NCBI GenBank assembly: GCA_030146365.1
Contig: JASLBU010000187.1
Coordinates: 49-64,048, forward strand
Direction of reading: 5' to 3'
Source of the DNA: Candidatus Limnocylindria bacterium
GTDB taxonomy: Bacteria > Chloroflexota > Limnocylindria > QHBO01
DNA: 64,000 bases
This document shows positions 16,778 to 26,712 of this stretch, one piece after another. How positions within the stretch are numbered: the first letter of the stretch is position 1; every line of letters starts with the position of its first letter. Under the pieces are notes generated by a model that made no database searches, was not told the origin of the DNA, and saw nothing but the letters and a program-made list of their open reading frames with translations. The translations under genes and the position numbers were made by a program.

Positions 16778-18157
16778 ATGCGGAAATTCAAGTTCATGGC
16801 CCCGGCGCTTGCCGCGGTCCTCGTGCTCGCCGCGTGCGGCAACGGGGATGAGGGCGACGGCGGTGCCGGCGCCAGTGGCGGAGCCGGCGCCAGTGGCGGA
16901 GCCGGCGCCAGTGGCGGAGCCGGCGGGAGTGCCGGCGCCGGTGCCGACGTCGAAGAGGGCGACGGCTCGATCGTCGTCACGTCGCTCTGGGGCGGCACCG
17001 AGCAGGAGGCCTTCGAGGCCGTCCTCGCCGCGTTCACCGAGGAGACGGGCATCGAGGCGGAGTACGAGGCCAACCGAACCGACTACGCGACGGTGCTGCG
17101 GACTCGCATCCAGGGCGGCGAGCCGCCCGACGTGGCGATCATCCCGGGCATCGGCACCCTGCGAAGCCTGGCGCGTGAGGGGTCTCTCATTCCGCTCAGC
17201 GACCTGGGTGTGAATCAGGCCGACATCGAGGGCAACTACGCGCCCGGCATCCTGGACGTGGGCGTCGTCGACGACGAGCTCTACGGGATCATGGTGAAGC
17301 TGAATTCGAAGGCGACCATCTTCTACAGCCCCGAGCGGTTCGAGGAGATGGGCGTCGAGCCCGCCGAGGACTGGGACGGCCTGCTGCAGCTGACCGAGGA
17401 CATCAAGGCCGCCGGGTCCACTCCGTGGTCGGTGGGGGCGGCCGATGGCTGGACGCTCACCGACTGGTTCGAGATCGTCTACCTCAAGATGCACGGCCCG
17501 GAGGCGTACGACACGCTGTTCAGCCCGGAAGGTGACTGGACCGATCCGACCGTGCAGGCATCGATCGACAAGATGCTCGAGATCCTGAACGAGGAGAACG
17601 TCGCCGGCGGCGTGGACGGGGCCAGTGCGACCGCGTTCGTGGATGCCATCGGGCAGGTCTTCAGCACCAGCCCCTCCGCAGAGCTCTACTACGGGGGCGG
17701 ATTCGTCGGCGGCATCGCGACCGGTACGGACGTGAACCCGGACCTCGCAGGCCAGGAAGGGACGGCGATCGACTGGTTCCCGTTCCCGACCATCGACGGC
17801 AACGGCGAAGGCCTGGTCACCTATGGCGGTGACGTCATGGCTGCCCTCGTGGCGGATTCGGACGTCGCGGCGTTCATGGAGTACCTGACCACCGCAGAGG
17901 CCGGCCAGGTCTGGGCGGAGGGCGGGACGATCATCTCGCCGATCGTCGAGGTCGACACGTCCGTCTACCCGACGAGCCTCATCCAGGCGGAGGCCGAGCA
18001 GGTGACGTCCGCCGAGGCCGTGCGCTTCGACGGCTCCGACCTGCTGCCGGGCGTCGATCTGGGGGCTCTCCTCCAGGCGGCCTTCCGCGGTGAGGACACC
18101 GCCCCGCTGCTGGAGGAGTTCCAGACGCAGGTGTCGACCGCCTGGGAGACCGAGTAA
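16778..18157 (+). CDS. ABC transporter substrate-binding lipoprotein (family 1, sugar)
   Basis: Lipoprotein signal MRKFKFMAPALAAVLVLAAC with a lipobox, followed by a Gly/Ala/Ser linker. Start re-anchored at ATG 16778, which has a GGAGGA RBS. Confidence 0.85.
   Translation: MRKFKFMAPALAAVLVLAACGNGDEGDGGAGASGGAGASGGAGASGGAGGSAGAGADVEEGDGSIVVTSLWGGTEQEAFEAVLAAFTEETGIEAEYEANRTDYATVLRTRIQGGEPPDVAIIPGIGTLRSLAREGSLIPLSDLGVNQADIEGNYAPGILDVGVVDDELYGIMVKLNSKATIFYSPERFEEMGVEPAEDWDGLLQLTEDIKAAGSTPWSVGAADGWTLTDWFEIVYLKMHGPEAYDTLFSPEGDWTDPTVQASIDKMLEILNEENVAGGVDGASATAFVDAIGQVFSTSPSAELYYGGGFVGGIATGTDVNPDLAGQEGTAIDWFPFPTIDGNGEGLVTYGGDVMAALVADSDVAAFMEYLTTAEAGQVWAEGGTIISPIVEVDTSVYPTSLIQAEAEQVTSAEAVRFDGSDLLPGVDLGALLQAAFRGEDTAPLLEEFQTQVSTAWETE
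16859..16921 (+). repeat. Perfect 3 x 21-bp tandem repeat (cggtgccggcgccagtggcggagc), encoding (GAGASGG)x3 in the SBP linker
   Basis: Three direct repeats visible directly in the sequence at 16859-16921. Confidence 0.6.
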
Positions 18158-18237
18158 ACCGTCAGTCTCTGAAGGGGAGGGGTCCGCACACGACCCCTCC
18201 CCTTCGTGCTACGGCGTCCTGAGGAAAGGAGGGATCC

Positions 18238-19182
18238 ATGACGGCGGCGACCCCGTCCGCGCCGACGCGCTCGAGCGGAAGGGTTCTGGGGGGCGGATTC
18301 AGCTGGGCGGCGCTTCTGTTCCTCAGCCCGGCGGCGGTGCTCCTCAGCGTCTTTATCCTCTTCCCGACGGTCTACACGCTGCTCCTGAGCTTCAACCGGG
18401 GGCGCGGCGGAGAGTTCTCCAACTGGGTGGGCCTGGACAACTGGATCCGGCTGTTCACCCAGGACCCGAACTTCCTCCGAATCGGCTTCCCGCCCTCCGG
18501 CGCGCTGTGGAACAACGTGCTCTGGATGGTCGTCTTCGTCCCGCTCACCGTCCTGTTCGGCCTGATCATCGCGGTCATGGCCACGCGGGTGAAGTACGAG
18601 GCGTGGATCAAGGGCATCGTCTTCCTGCCCCAGGCGATCGCCGCAACCTCGCTCGCCATCATCTGGCGCTTCGTCTACTCCCCGGATCCGGAGACCGGGC
18701 TCATGAACGCGATCCTCGGGGTAGCCAACATCGGGCCGGTGTCCCTCCTCGGAAGTCCGTCCACCGTGAACTGGGCGCTGATCGCGGTGGGGATCTGGGG
18801 GTCAGTGGGCTTCGCGACGGTCATCCTCTCGGCCGCCATCAAGGGCATCTCATCGGAGGTGCTCGAGGCGGCCCGCGTGGACGGAGCCACTGAGACACAG
18901 ATCTTCTGGCGGATCATCGTTCCAATGGTGAGCCTGCCGATCTCGGTCGTCGCAGTCACGCTCGTCGTCGGTGTGATCAAGCTGTTCGACCTGATCTTCG
19001 TCATGACCACCGGAGGGCCGGGAGCCTCGAGCCGGGTGATCGCCTTCTCGATGTACCAGGAGGCCTTCCCCTCGGGGCAGTTCGGCTACGGGGCCGCCAT
19101 CGCCATCGTCATGCTGCTGCTGTTGATTCCGATCATGATCTTCAACATCCGGCGCTTCCGAGCCGACGCGGTGCAGCAATGA
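18238..19182 (+). CDS. Sugar ABC transporter permease (MalF/UgpA-like)
   Basis: Six TM segments with an EAA-like loop (ILSAAIKGISSEVLEAARVDGAT). Confidence 0.85.
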   Translation: MTAATPSAPTRSSGRVLGGGFSWAALLFLSPAAVLLSVFILFPTVYTLLLSFNRGRGGEFSNWVGLDNWIRLFTQDPNFLRIGFPPSGALWNNVLWMVVFVPLTVLFGLIIAVMATRVKYEAWIKGIVFLPQAIAATSLAIIWRFVYSPDPETGLMNAILGVANIGPVSLLGSPSTVNWALIAVGIWGSVGFATVILSAAIKGISSEVLEAARVDGATETQIFWRIIVPMVSLPISVVAVTLVVGVIKLFDLIFVMTTGGPGASSRVIAFSMYQEAFPSGQFGYGAAIAIVMLLLLIPIMIFNIRRFRADAVQQ

Positions 19183-20072
19183 CCGCTCTGCAGGACACGG
19201 CCGTCCAGGCTCCACCCCGCACATTCGCCGAGCGCCTCGCGCGGCTCATGGGGCGCGGGCCTACCCATCTGATCCTGGCGCTGATCGCGCTGGTGTGGCT
19301 TGTCCCGTCGATCGGTCTGCTCATCACCTCGTTCCGGCCGAGCGCCGACATGCGGGCGACGGGCTGGTGGACCGTTCTGTTCGAGCCGCGGTTCACCACC
19401 GCCAATTATGAGCGGGTGCTGGCCGCGGAGGGCATCGGCCAGGCGTTCCTCAACAGCCTGTTCATTACGATCCCCTCGACGATCCTTCCGCTGCTCGTTG
19501 CCTCCATGGCGGCGTTTGCGCTCGCGTGGGTGAAGTTTCCCTTCCGCGACACGATCTTCCTGATCATCGTCGCGCTGCTCATGGTTCCCGTGCAGGTGGC
19601 GTTCATTCCCACGGTCACTGGCTTCCGTGAGTCGGGGACAGGGCTGTTGACGAACTACGGCGCCGTGTGGCTCACCCACACGGCGTGGGCGCTGCCGTTC
19701 GGCATCTTCCTGCTGCGGAACTTCTTCATCACGCTGCCGAAGGACCTGATCGAGGCAGCACGCATCGACGGAGCGTCGAACCTGGGGATCTTCCGCACCA
19801 TCGTCCTGCCGTTGTCGGTGCCGGCGATCGCGGCCTATGGCATCTTCCAGTTCCTGTGGGTCTGGAACGACCTGTTGATGGCATTGATCTACGCGCAGCG
19901 GAATGCGATCCAGCCGATGACCGTGAAGGTGACGCAGCTGCTCGGCACGTACGCCACGGAGTGGAGCCTGCTCGCCGCCGCGGCGTTTCTCATCATGATC
20001 GTGCCGCTCGTCGTGTTCATCAGCCTGCAGCGCTACTTCGTCCAGGGCCTGCTCGCGGGCTCCGTGAAGTAG
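19179..20072 (+). CDS. Sugar ABC transporter permease (MalG/UgpE-like)
   Basis: EAA motif LIEAARIDGASNLGIF; ATGA overlap with the upstream permease. Confidence 0.85.
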   Translation: MTALQDTAVQAPPRTFAERLARLMGRGPTHLILALIALVWLVPSIGLLITSFRPSADMRATGWWTVLFEPRFTTANYERVLAAEGIGQAFLNSLFITIPSTILPLLVASMAAFALAWVKFPFRDTIFLIIVALLMVPVQVAFIPTVTGFRESGTGLLTNYGAVWLTHTAWALPFGIFLLRNFFITLPKDLIEAARIDGASNLGIFRTIVLPLSVPAIAAYGIFQFLWVWNDLLMALIYAQRNAIQPMTVKVTQLLGTYATEWSLLAAAAFLIMIVPLVVFISLQRYFVQGLLAGSVK

Positions 20073-20893
20073 TGGCGGCGGCGCTCAGCGTCGTCAGCTG
20101 GAACATTCGCGCCGCCATCGGTCCGGGGCCGTTTCCGGATCGGTGGTGGCGGCGCATTGACGCCGATCGTCTTCGCGCGATCGGCGAGTTCCTGTTTGCG
20201 CTGGATGCCGACGTGGTGGCGCTCCAGGAAGTGGCGCTCGTGTCCCGTGACGGTGACCTGGTCGACAACGCCGGCGACCTGGCACGGCAGCTGGGCCTCG
20301 CGGTGCGCTACGGGGCCGTGCGCACCTACGACGTGCTGGAGGATGGGCAGCGTCGCGGGGTCGGCATGTACGGGAATGCGCTCCTCTCACGGCGAGCTCT
20401 CCGGAACGCCCGGACCATTGCATTGCCGCAAGCCGAAGCGGCGAGCTTCATCGAGCCACCGAACACTGGCCATCCCGCCGCCGGGGTCACCTATGCGGAA
20501 GCGCCGGACCACATCCGCGAGCCGCGGTCGCTGCTGCTGGCAGACGTGGACGGACGCTGGCGGGTCGGCACCGCGCACTTCAGCCACATCGGATCCGGAG
20601 AGCGGCTGCTCCAGGCCGAGGCCACGGTGGCTGCCTTCGAGGACGCCTTGCCGGCGGCGCTCCTCGGCGATCTCAACGCGTCGATCGAGGCGCCAGAGCT
20701 CGCACCGTTCCAGTCCTGGGCCGACGGGTTCACCGAGCCGCCCGGTGCCGCCGAGCGAATCACCACCGACGACGGCTGGCGGATCGATCACGTGCTGGTC
20801 CGTGGCGCGGCGGTGCGTGGCTGCCGGGTCATGCGTGAGTCGCGAGACCTCAGCGACCACTACCCCGTCGCGGCCAAGCTGGTCGCCGCCTGA
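20072..20893 (+). CDS. Endonuclease/exonuclease/phosphatase (EEP) family protein
   Basis: N-terminus VSWNIRAAIG (the EEP 'WN' block), the D..H terminal block DHVLVRG and SDHYPV are present. The likely GTG start at 20072 overlaps the permease stop (taGTG). Confidence 0.6.
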   Translation: MAAALSVVSWNIRAAIGPGPFPDRWWRRIDADRLRAIGEFLFALDADVVALQEVALVSRDGDLVDNAGDLARQLGLAVRYGAVRTYDVLEDGQRRGVGMYGNALLSRRALRNARTIALPQAEAASFIEPPNTGHPAAGVTYAEAPDHIREPRSLLLADVDGRWRVGTAHFSHIGSGERLLQAEATVAAFEDALPAALLGDLNASIEAPELAPFQSWADGFTEPPGAAERITTDDGWRIDHVLVRGAAVRGCRVMRESRDLSDHYPVAAKLVAA

Positions 20894-20966
20894 CGGCGCC
20901 GGCACCCACGGTACGTCATTCGACGTACGCGCCCGATCGGCGGCAGCCGGTACGCTGACCGCACGC

Positions 20967-23789
20967 ATGAGCAACGATTCGACAGCCGAGCCGACCACCA
21001 TTCATCTCGTCCCGCACACCCACTGGGACCGCGAGTGGTATCGGCCGTTCCAGTCGTTCCGCATGCAGCTGGTGGACCTCGTTGACCGGGTCCTCGACAT
21101 GCTCGAGGCCGAGCCCGAATTCGCGTTCACGCTGGACGGCCAGCTGGCGACCATCGACGACTACCTGGAGATTCGCCCCGACCAGGCTGAACGGATCCGT
21201 GGCCACGTCGAGCGCGGTCGCCTGGCCATTGGCCCATGGCAGATCCTGATGGACGAGTTCCTGGTGAGCGGCGAGACGCTGGTGCGCAACCTCGAGCGCG
21301 GGTGGGCGCGCGCCGAGGACTTCGGCGGGCCGATGCAGGTCGGCTACCTGCCGGACATGTTCGGCCACGTGGCGCAGATGCCGCAGCTTCTGCGCCGCGC
21401 CGGACTGGCCGATGCGGTGGTGTGGCGCGGCATCCCGGCCGCCATCGACCACCATGCATTCCGGTGGGAATCGCCGGACGGCTCGTGGGTGCGAGCCGAA
21501 TACCTGCCGGCGGGCTACGGCAACGCCGCCTACCTGTTCGCCGTGCCGTCCGCCCTGGAGCCCGCCGCGGAGCGCTTCGCCGACTGGGCGATGCCGTGGT
21601 TCGGCGATGACCCGGTGCTCGCGATGTACGGGACCGATCACACCGCGCCCGTGCCCGAGCTCGCCGGGCTGGTGAGCCGGCTCAACGAGGTCCAGGCCGC
21701 CGCGCGGATGCGCATCTCGACGCTGGCCCAGTACATCGAGGCGGCTCCGCAGCTCACCGAGACGGATCCGTGCTGGCGGGGCGAGATGCGATCCGGCGCG
21801 CGCGCCAACGTGCTGATGGGCGTCACGAGCGCCCGAATCGACATCAAGCAGGCGGCTGGACGCGCGGAGAGGGCGCTTGAGCGCTACGCGGAGCCGCTGA
21901 CCGCCCTCCACGTCGCCCCCGATGCCTGGCCGGCGGCGTTTCTACGTCTGGCATGGGGCAAGGTCATCGAGAACTCGGCGCACGATTCGATCTGCGGGTG
22001 CTCGATCGACCCCGTCGTCGCGCACGTGCTGGTCCGCTTCGCCGAGGCCGACCAGGTCGCCACGACCCTGGCGCGCCGGGCGGCTGTGGCCGTGGCCTCC
22101 TCGGCGCCGAGAGGCTCGATCGTGATCCTCAATCCGACCCCGACGCGACGCGCGGGCCTCGTCGAGGCGGAGCTGCGGGTCCCGGAGGCGTGGGCTTCCG
22201 TCGCGCTGGAGCTCCCCGACGGAGCGCGGGTGGCAACCCAGGAGCTGAGCCGCAAGGAATCGGTGCTGTTCGACGGCGAGCTGCGGGGCGACGCTGCCGC
22301 TGATCTGTTCCGGCGCTTCCACGGACGCGAGATCTTCGACCACGCCTGGAACGGCTACCGAATCGATGATCGGACGATCACGTTCGACGTGGACTCCGAC
22401 CCGGACCCGGTGTGGCTGGATGTCGACGGGCTCCGCGCCGAGGTCATGCACGCGATGGGCTCCGCTCCCGACGAGACGTGGCGGATTCGGATCGTGGCCT
22501 CGCCGCGCCGCACGCTGGCGGCAATACTGCCCGCGCCAGCCCTCGGGTGGACGGCCGCCCGCGCGGTCCAGGGCGATGAGGCGCAGCCGGGCGCCGTCAC
22601 GGTGGATGCCCGCCGGCCGGAGCTGTCGAACGGCCTGCTCACCGTCCGCGTCGCAGCGAATGGCACGCTGGAGCTCGAGACGCCCGAGGGCGTTCGGGCA
22701 AGCGGCATCGGCCGGATCGTGGACGGCGGCGACGTCGGTGACTCGTACAACTACGGGCCGCCGGGAATGGATCACGTGGTCGACGTGCCCGCCCGGACGA
22801 GTGTGTCGGTGGACCTCGGCGGCCCGGTCCGCGGTCGCCTCCTCATCCGTCGCACCTTCCAGTGGCCGGCGCGCGCCGCCGCAGACGGCCGGGCCCGTTC
22901 GGAGGACTTGATCGGCACCGACGTCGTGACCGAGGTTGAGCTGCGGGCCGGCGAGCCGTTCGTGCGGGTGGCCATCGCGTTCGACAACCGCAGCGATGAC
23001 CACCGCGTCCGCTTCCATGCTCCGCTGCCCCGCGGCGCGAACGGGTCGCATGCGGAGGGACAGTTCGCGGTCGTGGAACGCGGGCTGGTGGCGGAGGGCG
23101 GGTATCGCGAGGAGCCGCTGACCACGTACCCGGCCCACGGCTGGGTGGACGCCGGCGGCCTTGCGATCCTGCTCGACCACGTGTCCGAGTACGAGGTCAC
23201 AGCGGGCGGGACCGAGGTGGCGCTTACGGTCCTCCGGTCGATCGGCCTGATCAGCCGCAACGATCACCCGTTCCGCCAGGACCCGGCAGGCCCGGAGATC
23301 GCGATCCCGGATGCGCAGATGCGGGGCCGATGGCGCATGACATTCGCGCTTTACCCGCACGAAGGCGAATGGTCTGAGGGTGGCGTCCACCTGGCGGCCG
23401 AACGGTACCGGCACGACCTGTTGACCACCCTCGGCGCCGGCCAGGCGACCGCGCCCTGGCCCCCCGATGGCGCCGGCTCCGATGCGCTGGCCGTGGACGG
23501 ATCCGACGTGGTCCTCACGTCGCTTCGCCGCCGGGAGGACGGCTGGCTCGAGGCCCGTGTGGTCAACCTCGCCGCGGCGAGGCGGCAGGCACGCATCGGC
23601 CCGGACCTGGTGGAGGCGCGGGGCGCATCACTGCGTGGCCACGCTGCCGACGAGGTGGCCGTCGGCGGGGGGCATGTGGCGCTGACGCTGGGGCCTGCAG
23701 AGATCCGCACCATCCAGCTGCGGCGGCACGAATCGTCGCTCGGCCGAGCGGAGGTCCTCGACGCCGCCGGACCTCGCCAGAGCATCTGA
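20967..23789 (+). CDS. Glycoside hydrolase family 38 alpha-mannosidase (about 940 aa)
   Basis: GH38 N-terminal catalytic signature HLVPHTHWDREWY plus the MDEF and LPDMFGH blocks. Start re-anchored at ATG 20967 (MSNDST...), because the listed ORF begins out of context at 20157. Confidence 0.85.
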   Translation: MSNDSTAEPTTIHLVPHTHWDREWYRPFQSFRMQLVDLVDRVLDMLEAEPEFAFTLDGQLATIDDYLEIRPDQAERIRGHVERGRLAIGPWQILMDEFLVSGETLVRNLERGWARAEDFGGPMQVGYLPDMFGHVAQMPQLLRRAGLADAVVWRGIPAAIDHHAFRWESPDGSWVRAEYLPAGYGNAAYLFAVPSALEPAAERFADWAMPWFGDDPVLAMYGTDHTAPVPELAGLVSRLNEVQAAARMRISTLAQYIEAAPQLTETDPCWRGEMRSGARANVLMGVTSARIDIKQAAGRAERALERYAEPLTALHVAPDAWPAAFLRLAWGKVIENSAHDSICGCSIDPVVAHVLVRFAEADQVATTLARRAAVAVASSAPRGSIVILNPTPTRRAGLVEAELRVPEAWASVALELPDGARVATQELSRKESVLFDGELRGDAAADLFRRFHGREIFDHAWNGYRIDDRTITFDVDSDPDPVWLDVDGLRAEVMHAMGSAPDETWRIRIVASPRRTLAAILPAPALGWTAARAVQGDEAQPGAVTVDARRPELSNGLLTVRVAANGTLELETPEGVRASGIGRIVDGGDVGDSYNYGPPGMDHVVDVPARTSVSVDLGGPVRGRLLIRRTFQWPARAAADGRARSEDLIGTDVVTEVELRAGEPFVRVAIAFDNRSDDHRVRFHAPLPRGANGSHAEGQFAVVERGLVAEGGYREEPLTTYPAHGWVDAGGLAILLDHVSEYEVTAGGTEVALTVLRSIGLISRNDHPFRQDPAGPEIAIPDAQMRGRWRMTFALYPHEGEWSEGGVHLAAERYRHDLLTTLGAGQATAPWPPDGAGSDALAVDGSDVVLTSLRRREDGWLEARVVNLAAARRQARIGPDLVEARGASLRGHAADEVAVGGGHVALTLGPAEIRTIQLRRHESSLGRAEVLDAAGPRQSI

Positions 23790-23841
23790 CGCACGGTAGG
23801 ATACGCCGCAGCCGCAGTCGCACCCGATACGGAGGAACCTC

Positions 23842-24252
23842 GTGGAGCTCGCGCAGCAACTCAAGACGGTCCCGCTCCTGGCGGACCTCGACGACCGCGT
23901 CCGGCGGCGGCTGGCGGAGGTCGGCAAGCGGCGCACCTACGGCCCGGACGAGGCCATCGTCAAGGAAGGCTCCACCGGGACCGCCCTGTACATCATCCTG
24001 AGCGGGCGGGCGCGGGTGGAGCGGGGCGGATCGCCAATCGGCGAGCTGTCGCCGGGCGACTTCTTCGGCGAGCTGGCGCTGATCGAGGAGCATCCGCGCT
24101 CCGCGACCGTGGTGGCTGCGGCGGACACCGACTGCCTCCTGTTCCCCGCCTGGGAGTTCACGGCGCTGCTCAAGGAGCACCCCGAGATCGCCGTCCCGAT
24201 CATGCGCGCGCTCATCGAGCGCCTGCACCGCCGCGAGCTCCACGGCGCCTGA
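23842..24252 (+). CDS. Cyclic-nucleotide-binding domain protein
   Basis: cNMP-binding signature GDFFGELALI...RSATVVA. Confidence 0.7.
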   Translation: MELAQQLKTVPLLADLDDRVRRRLAEVGKRRTYGPDEAIVKEGSTGTALYIILSGRARVERGGSPIGELSPGDFFGELALIEEHPRSATVVAAADTDCLLFPAWEFTALLKEHPEIAVPIMRALIERLHRRELHGA

Positions 24253-24287
24253 CGTCCCCGGCTGACCGGGTCTCCGGGCGAGCCGTC

Positions 24288-24944
24288 ATGAGCCTGCGCG
24301 TCATCGTCGAGGCCACGCCCAAGCGCGCCTTCGCATCGGCGATCGACTGGCCCGGTTGGGCGCGCGCCGCGAAGGCGCCCGACGAGGCCGTGAAGGCGCT
24401 GCTCGACCACGGCCCTCGCTACGCGCCGGTGGCGAGGCGGGCGGGCGTCAGGTTCGACCCGCCCGCGACGGTTCGCGGCGTGAACGTCATCGAGCGGCTT
24501 CCCGGAAGTGGCAGCACCGAATTCGGGGTTCCCGGCGCCCACGCGTCCGCGGAGCTCGATCCCCTGCCGTCCGGTCGGCTCCGTCGCCTCACCAACTTGC
24601 TAGAGGCCGCGTGGGCAACGTTCGACGGGGTGGCAGAGTCCGCGGCCGGCACGAGCCTGACGCTCGGCCCGCGTGGTGGAGGTCGCCAGGTCGCCGCGAT
24701 CGTGGAACACGTGCGTGGCGCCGAGGCCGCGTACCTGCACCAACTCGGCTGGAAGGTATACGAGCCGGACATGGAGGACCTCCGGCGCGCGTTTCTCGAG
24801 GCCCTGCGGCTGCGCGCCGTGGACGAGCCGCTCCCGGAGCCGAACAAGGTGCGCAAGCCGTGGCCTCCGCGCTACGCCATCCGCCGGTCGGCCTGGCATG
24901 CGCTGGACCATGCGTGGGAGATCGAGGACCGCACGCCGCGGTGA
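24288..24944 (+). CDS. Hypothetical protein (DinB/YfiT-like fold possible)
   Basis: Coding-like frame with a conserved His-rich C-terminus (WHALDHAWEIEDR). The family assignment is a guess. Confidence 0.45.
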   Translation: MSLRVIVEATPKRAFASAIDWPGWARAAKAPDEAVKALLDHGPRYAPVARRAGVRFDPPATVRGVNVIERLPGSGSTEFGVPGAHASAELDPLPSGRLRRLTNLLEAAWATFDGVAESAAGTSLTLGPRGGGRQVAAIVEHVRGAEAAYLHQLGWKVYEPDMEDLRRAFLEALRLRAVDEPLPEPNKVRKPWPPRYAIRRSAWHALDHAWEIEDRTPR

Positions 24945-24947
24945 GGA

Positions 24948-25739
24948 TCACCCGAGCCGGGTGAGGATCGTCTCCCGGTCGAAGATCCAGTTGCCCACGA
25001 CGAGCGCCAGGCCGATGAGCACCGCCACCACCAGGTCGCCGATCAGGACCTGCTCGAGGCTGAACGTCGCCTGTCCGGAGAAGAAGCCGGCGACCGCGAC
25101 GCCGATGACCGGCAGGACGATGAACCCGCCGATCTGCTGGGCAGTGCGCGCGTCGGTCACCCGTGAGCTGACGATGATGCCCAGCAGCACGCTGAGCATG
25201 CAGATGAGCGGCACCAGGGTCAGCATCGCGACGCGCCAGGTGTCGTTGAAGACGAGGCGGGTCAACGCGGGGTCGGCGATCGCGCCGTTCACGAACCCGT
25301 AGAGCAGGAAGACGCCCCACGTCGCCAGGACGGCCGGCGTGGCGGCAGCGATCGCCTTGCCGAGGATGAGCTCGCTCACCTCGAGCGGCGTCGCCAGCTG
25401 CGGCTCGAGCGCGCGTGAGGTCTTCTCGCCGATGACGGACTGCGTGGCGATGGCCATCGGCACCATGGCCGGGATGAGGAGGAAGTACGCCATGAAGTTC
25501 AGGACGATGAAGCCCTGGGCCGCGAGCTTGGGCGGCAGGTCCGGGAACTGGCTGATGTACTGCTCGATCTGCCCCATCTGCGCCGGGTCCAGCTCGTTCA
25601 CCTGGATGAAGGCGACGATGGAGGTGGGGATGGCCGCAAAGACGAGCGCCGGGAAGACGACGGCCCCCAGCAGGAGGCGATTGGCGAGCAGGTCCCGGGC
25701 CTCCTTGCTGACGACGGCCCAGATGAAGCCGGCGCGCAT
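24948..25739 (-). CDS. ABC-2 type transporter permease
   Basis: Six hydrophobic segments. Its start is 2 nt downstream of the ATPase stop. Confidence 0.7.
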   Translation of the reverse strand: MRAGFIWAVVSKEARDLLANRLLLGAVVFPALVFAAIPTSIVAFIQVNELDPAQMGQIEQYISQFPDLPPKLAAQGFIVLNFMAYFLLIPAMVPMAIATQSVIGEKTSRALEPQLATPLEVSELILGKAIAAATPAVLATWGVFLLYGFVNGAIADPALTRLVFNDTWRVAMLTLVPLICMLSVLLGIIVSSRVTDARTAQQIGGFIVLPVIGVAVAGFFSGQATFSLEQVLIGDLVVAVLIGLALVVGNWIFDRETILTRLG

Positions 25740-25740
25740 C

Positions 25741-26712
25741 TCAGGCGACCTCGCTCATGCCGGTGGACGCGCCGCCGTGCGCATCTCGCTGGCCGGCCTC
25801 ACCGACGAGGTCCAGGTACACCTGCTCGAGCGTGACCGCCTCCTCGCGCACGCCCATGATCCGGGCGCCCGCCCCGACGAGCGACTGGACCAGCTCGGGG
25901 TTGTCGCCCCGCGGATCCCGTACCTCGACGTAAAGAGCGCCGTCGTCGACGCGCGCCGCCTCGACGAACGGCAGGTCCGCAAGCATGTCGATGAACGAGT
26001 CCGGCCGCCGGGCACCGACGAGATCGACGCGTACGCTGGCCATGCCGTTCTGGCGCCGAAGCCGCGCCGGCGTGTCGACCCGCAGCAGGGTGCGGCGCAT
26101 GATGCCGATCCGATCGCAGAGGCGCTCGGCCTCGTCCAGGTTATGGGTGCACACCACGATCGAGCGTCCCTCGTCGCGTAGCGTGGCGACGAAGTCCCGA
26201 ATGGACTTCGCGGCGGACGGGTCGAGGGCGCTCGTCGGCTCGTCGAGATAGAGGACCTCGGGCTCGTGGATCAGCGCCCGGGCGATCGCGACCTTCTGCC
26301 GCATGCCCTTGCTGAACCCGGCGACGCGGCGGTCCCCCGCATCGGTGAGGCCGACGACTCCGAGGTAGCGTTCGACCGCCCGTCGCAGGTTCGCGCCGCG
26401 CAGCCCGTAGAGGCGGCCGTAGTAGCCCAGGTTCTGCCGGGCGGTGAGCTTGTCGTGCAAACCCGGCGACTCCGTGAGCACCCCGGTCATCGCCCGGATC
26501 CGCTGCGAGTCACGGCCGAGATCGTTGTCGCCGATCCGTGCGGTCCCGGTGGACGGGGCGATCAGGCCCGCCAGCATCCGGATCGTCGTCGTCTTGCCCG
26601 CCCCGTTCGGACCGAGGATGCCGAAGATCTCGCCGTCCCCCACCGTGAAGCTGAGGTCGTGGACGGCGGTCAGCGATCTGAAGGTCTTGCCCAGGCCATC
26701 CGCTTCGATCAT
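25741..26712 (-). CDS. ABC transporter ATP-binding protein (ABC-2/DrrA-like) with a C-terminal extension
   Basis: Walker A GPNGAGKTT, signature FSKGMRQKVAIARA and Walker B LYLDEPTSALD are present. Confidence 0.85.
   Translation of the reverse strand: MIEADGLGKTFRSLTAVHDLSFTVGDGEIFGILGPNGAGKTTTIRMLAGLIAPSTGTARIGDNDLGRDSQRIRAMTGVLTESPGLHDKLTARQNLGYYGRLYGLRGANLRRAVERYLGVVGLTDAGDRRVAGFSKGMRQKVAIARALIHEPEVLYLDEPTSALDPSAAKSIRDFVATLRDEGRSIVVCTHNLDEAERLCDRIGIMRRTLLRVDTPARLRRQNGMASVRVDLVGARRPDSFIDMLADLPFVEAARVDDGALYVEVRDPRGDNPELVQSLVGAGARIMGVREEAVTLEQVYLDLVGEAGQRDAHGGASTGMSEVA

Noticed and set aside
20157-20966. N-terminal extension of the GH38 ORF; similarly 19667..20071 for the EEP ORF
   Set aside because: The extensions overlap the preceding permease and EEP genes in other frames. 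The conserved GH38 N-terminus (HLVPHTHWDREWY) follows the internal ATG 20967.
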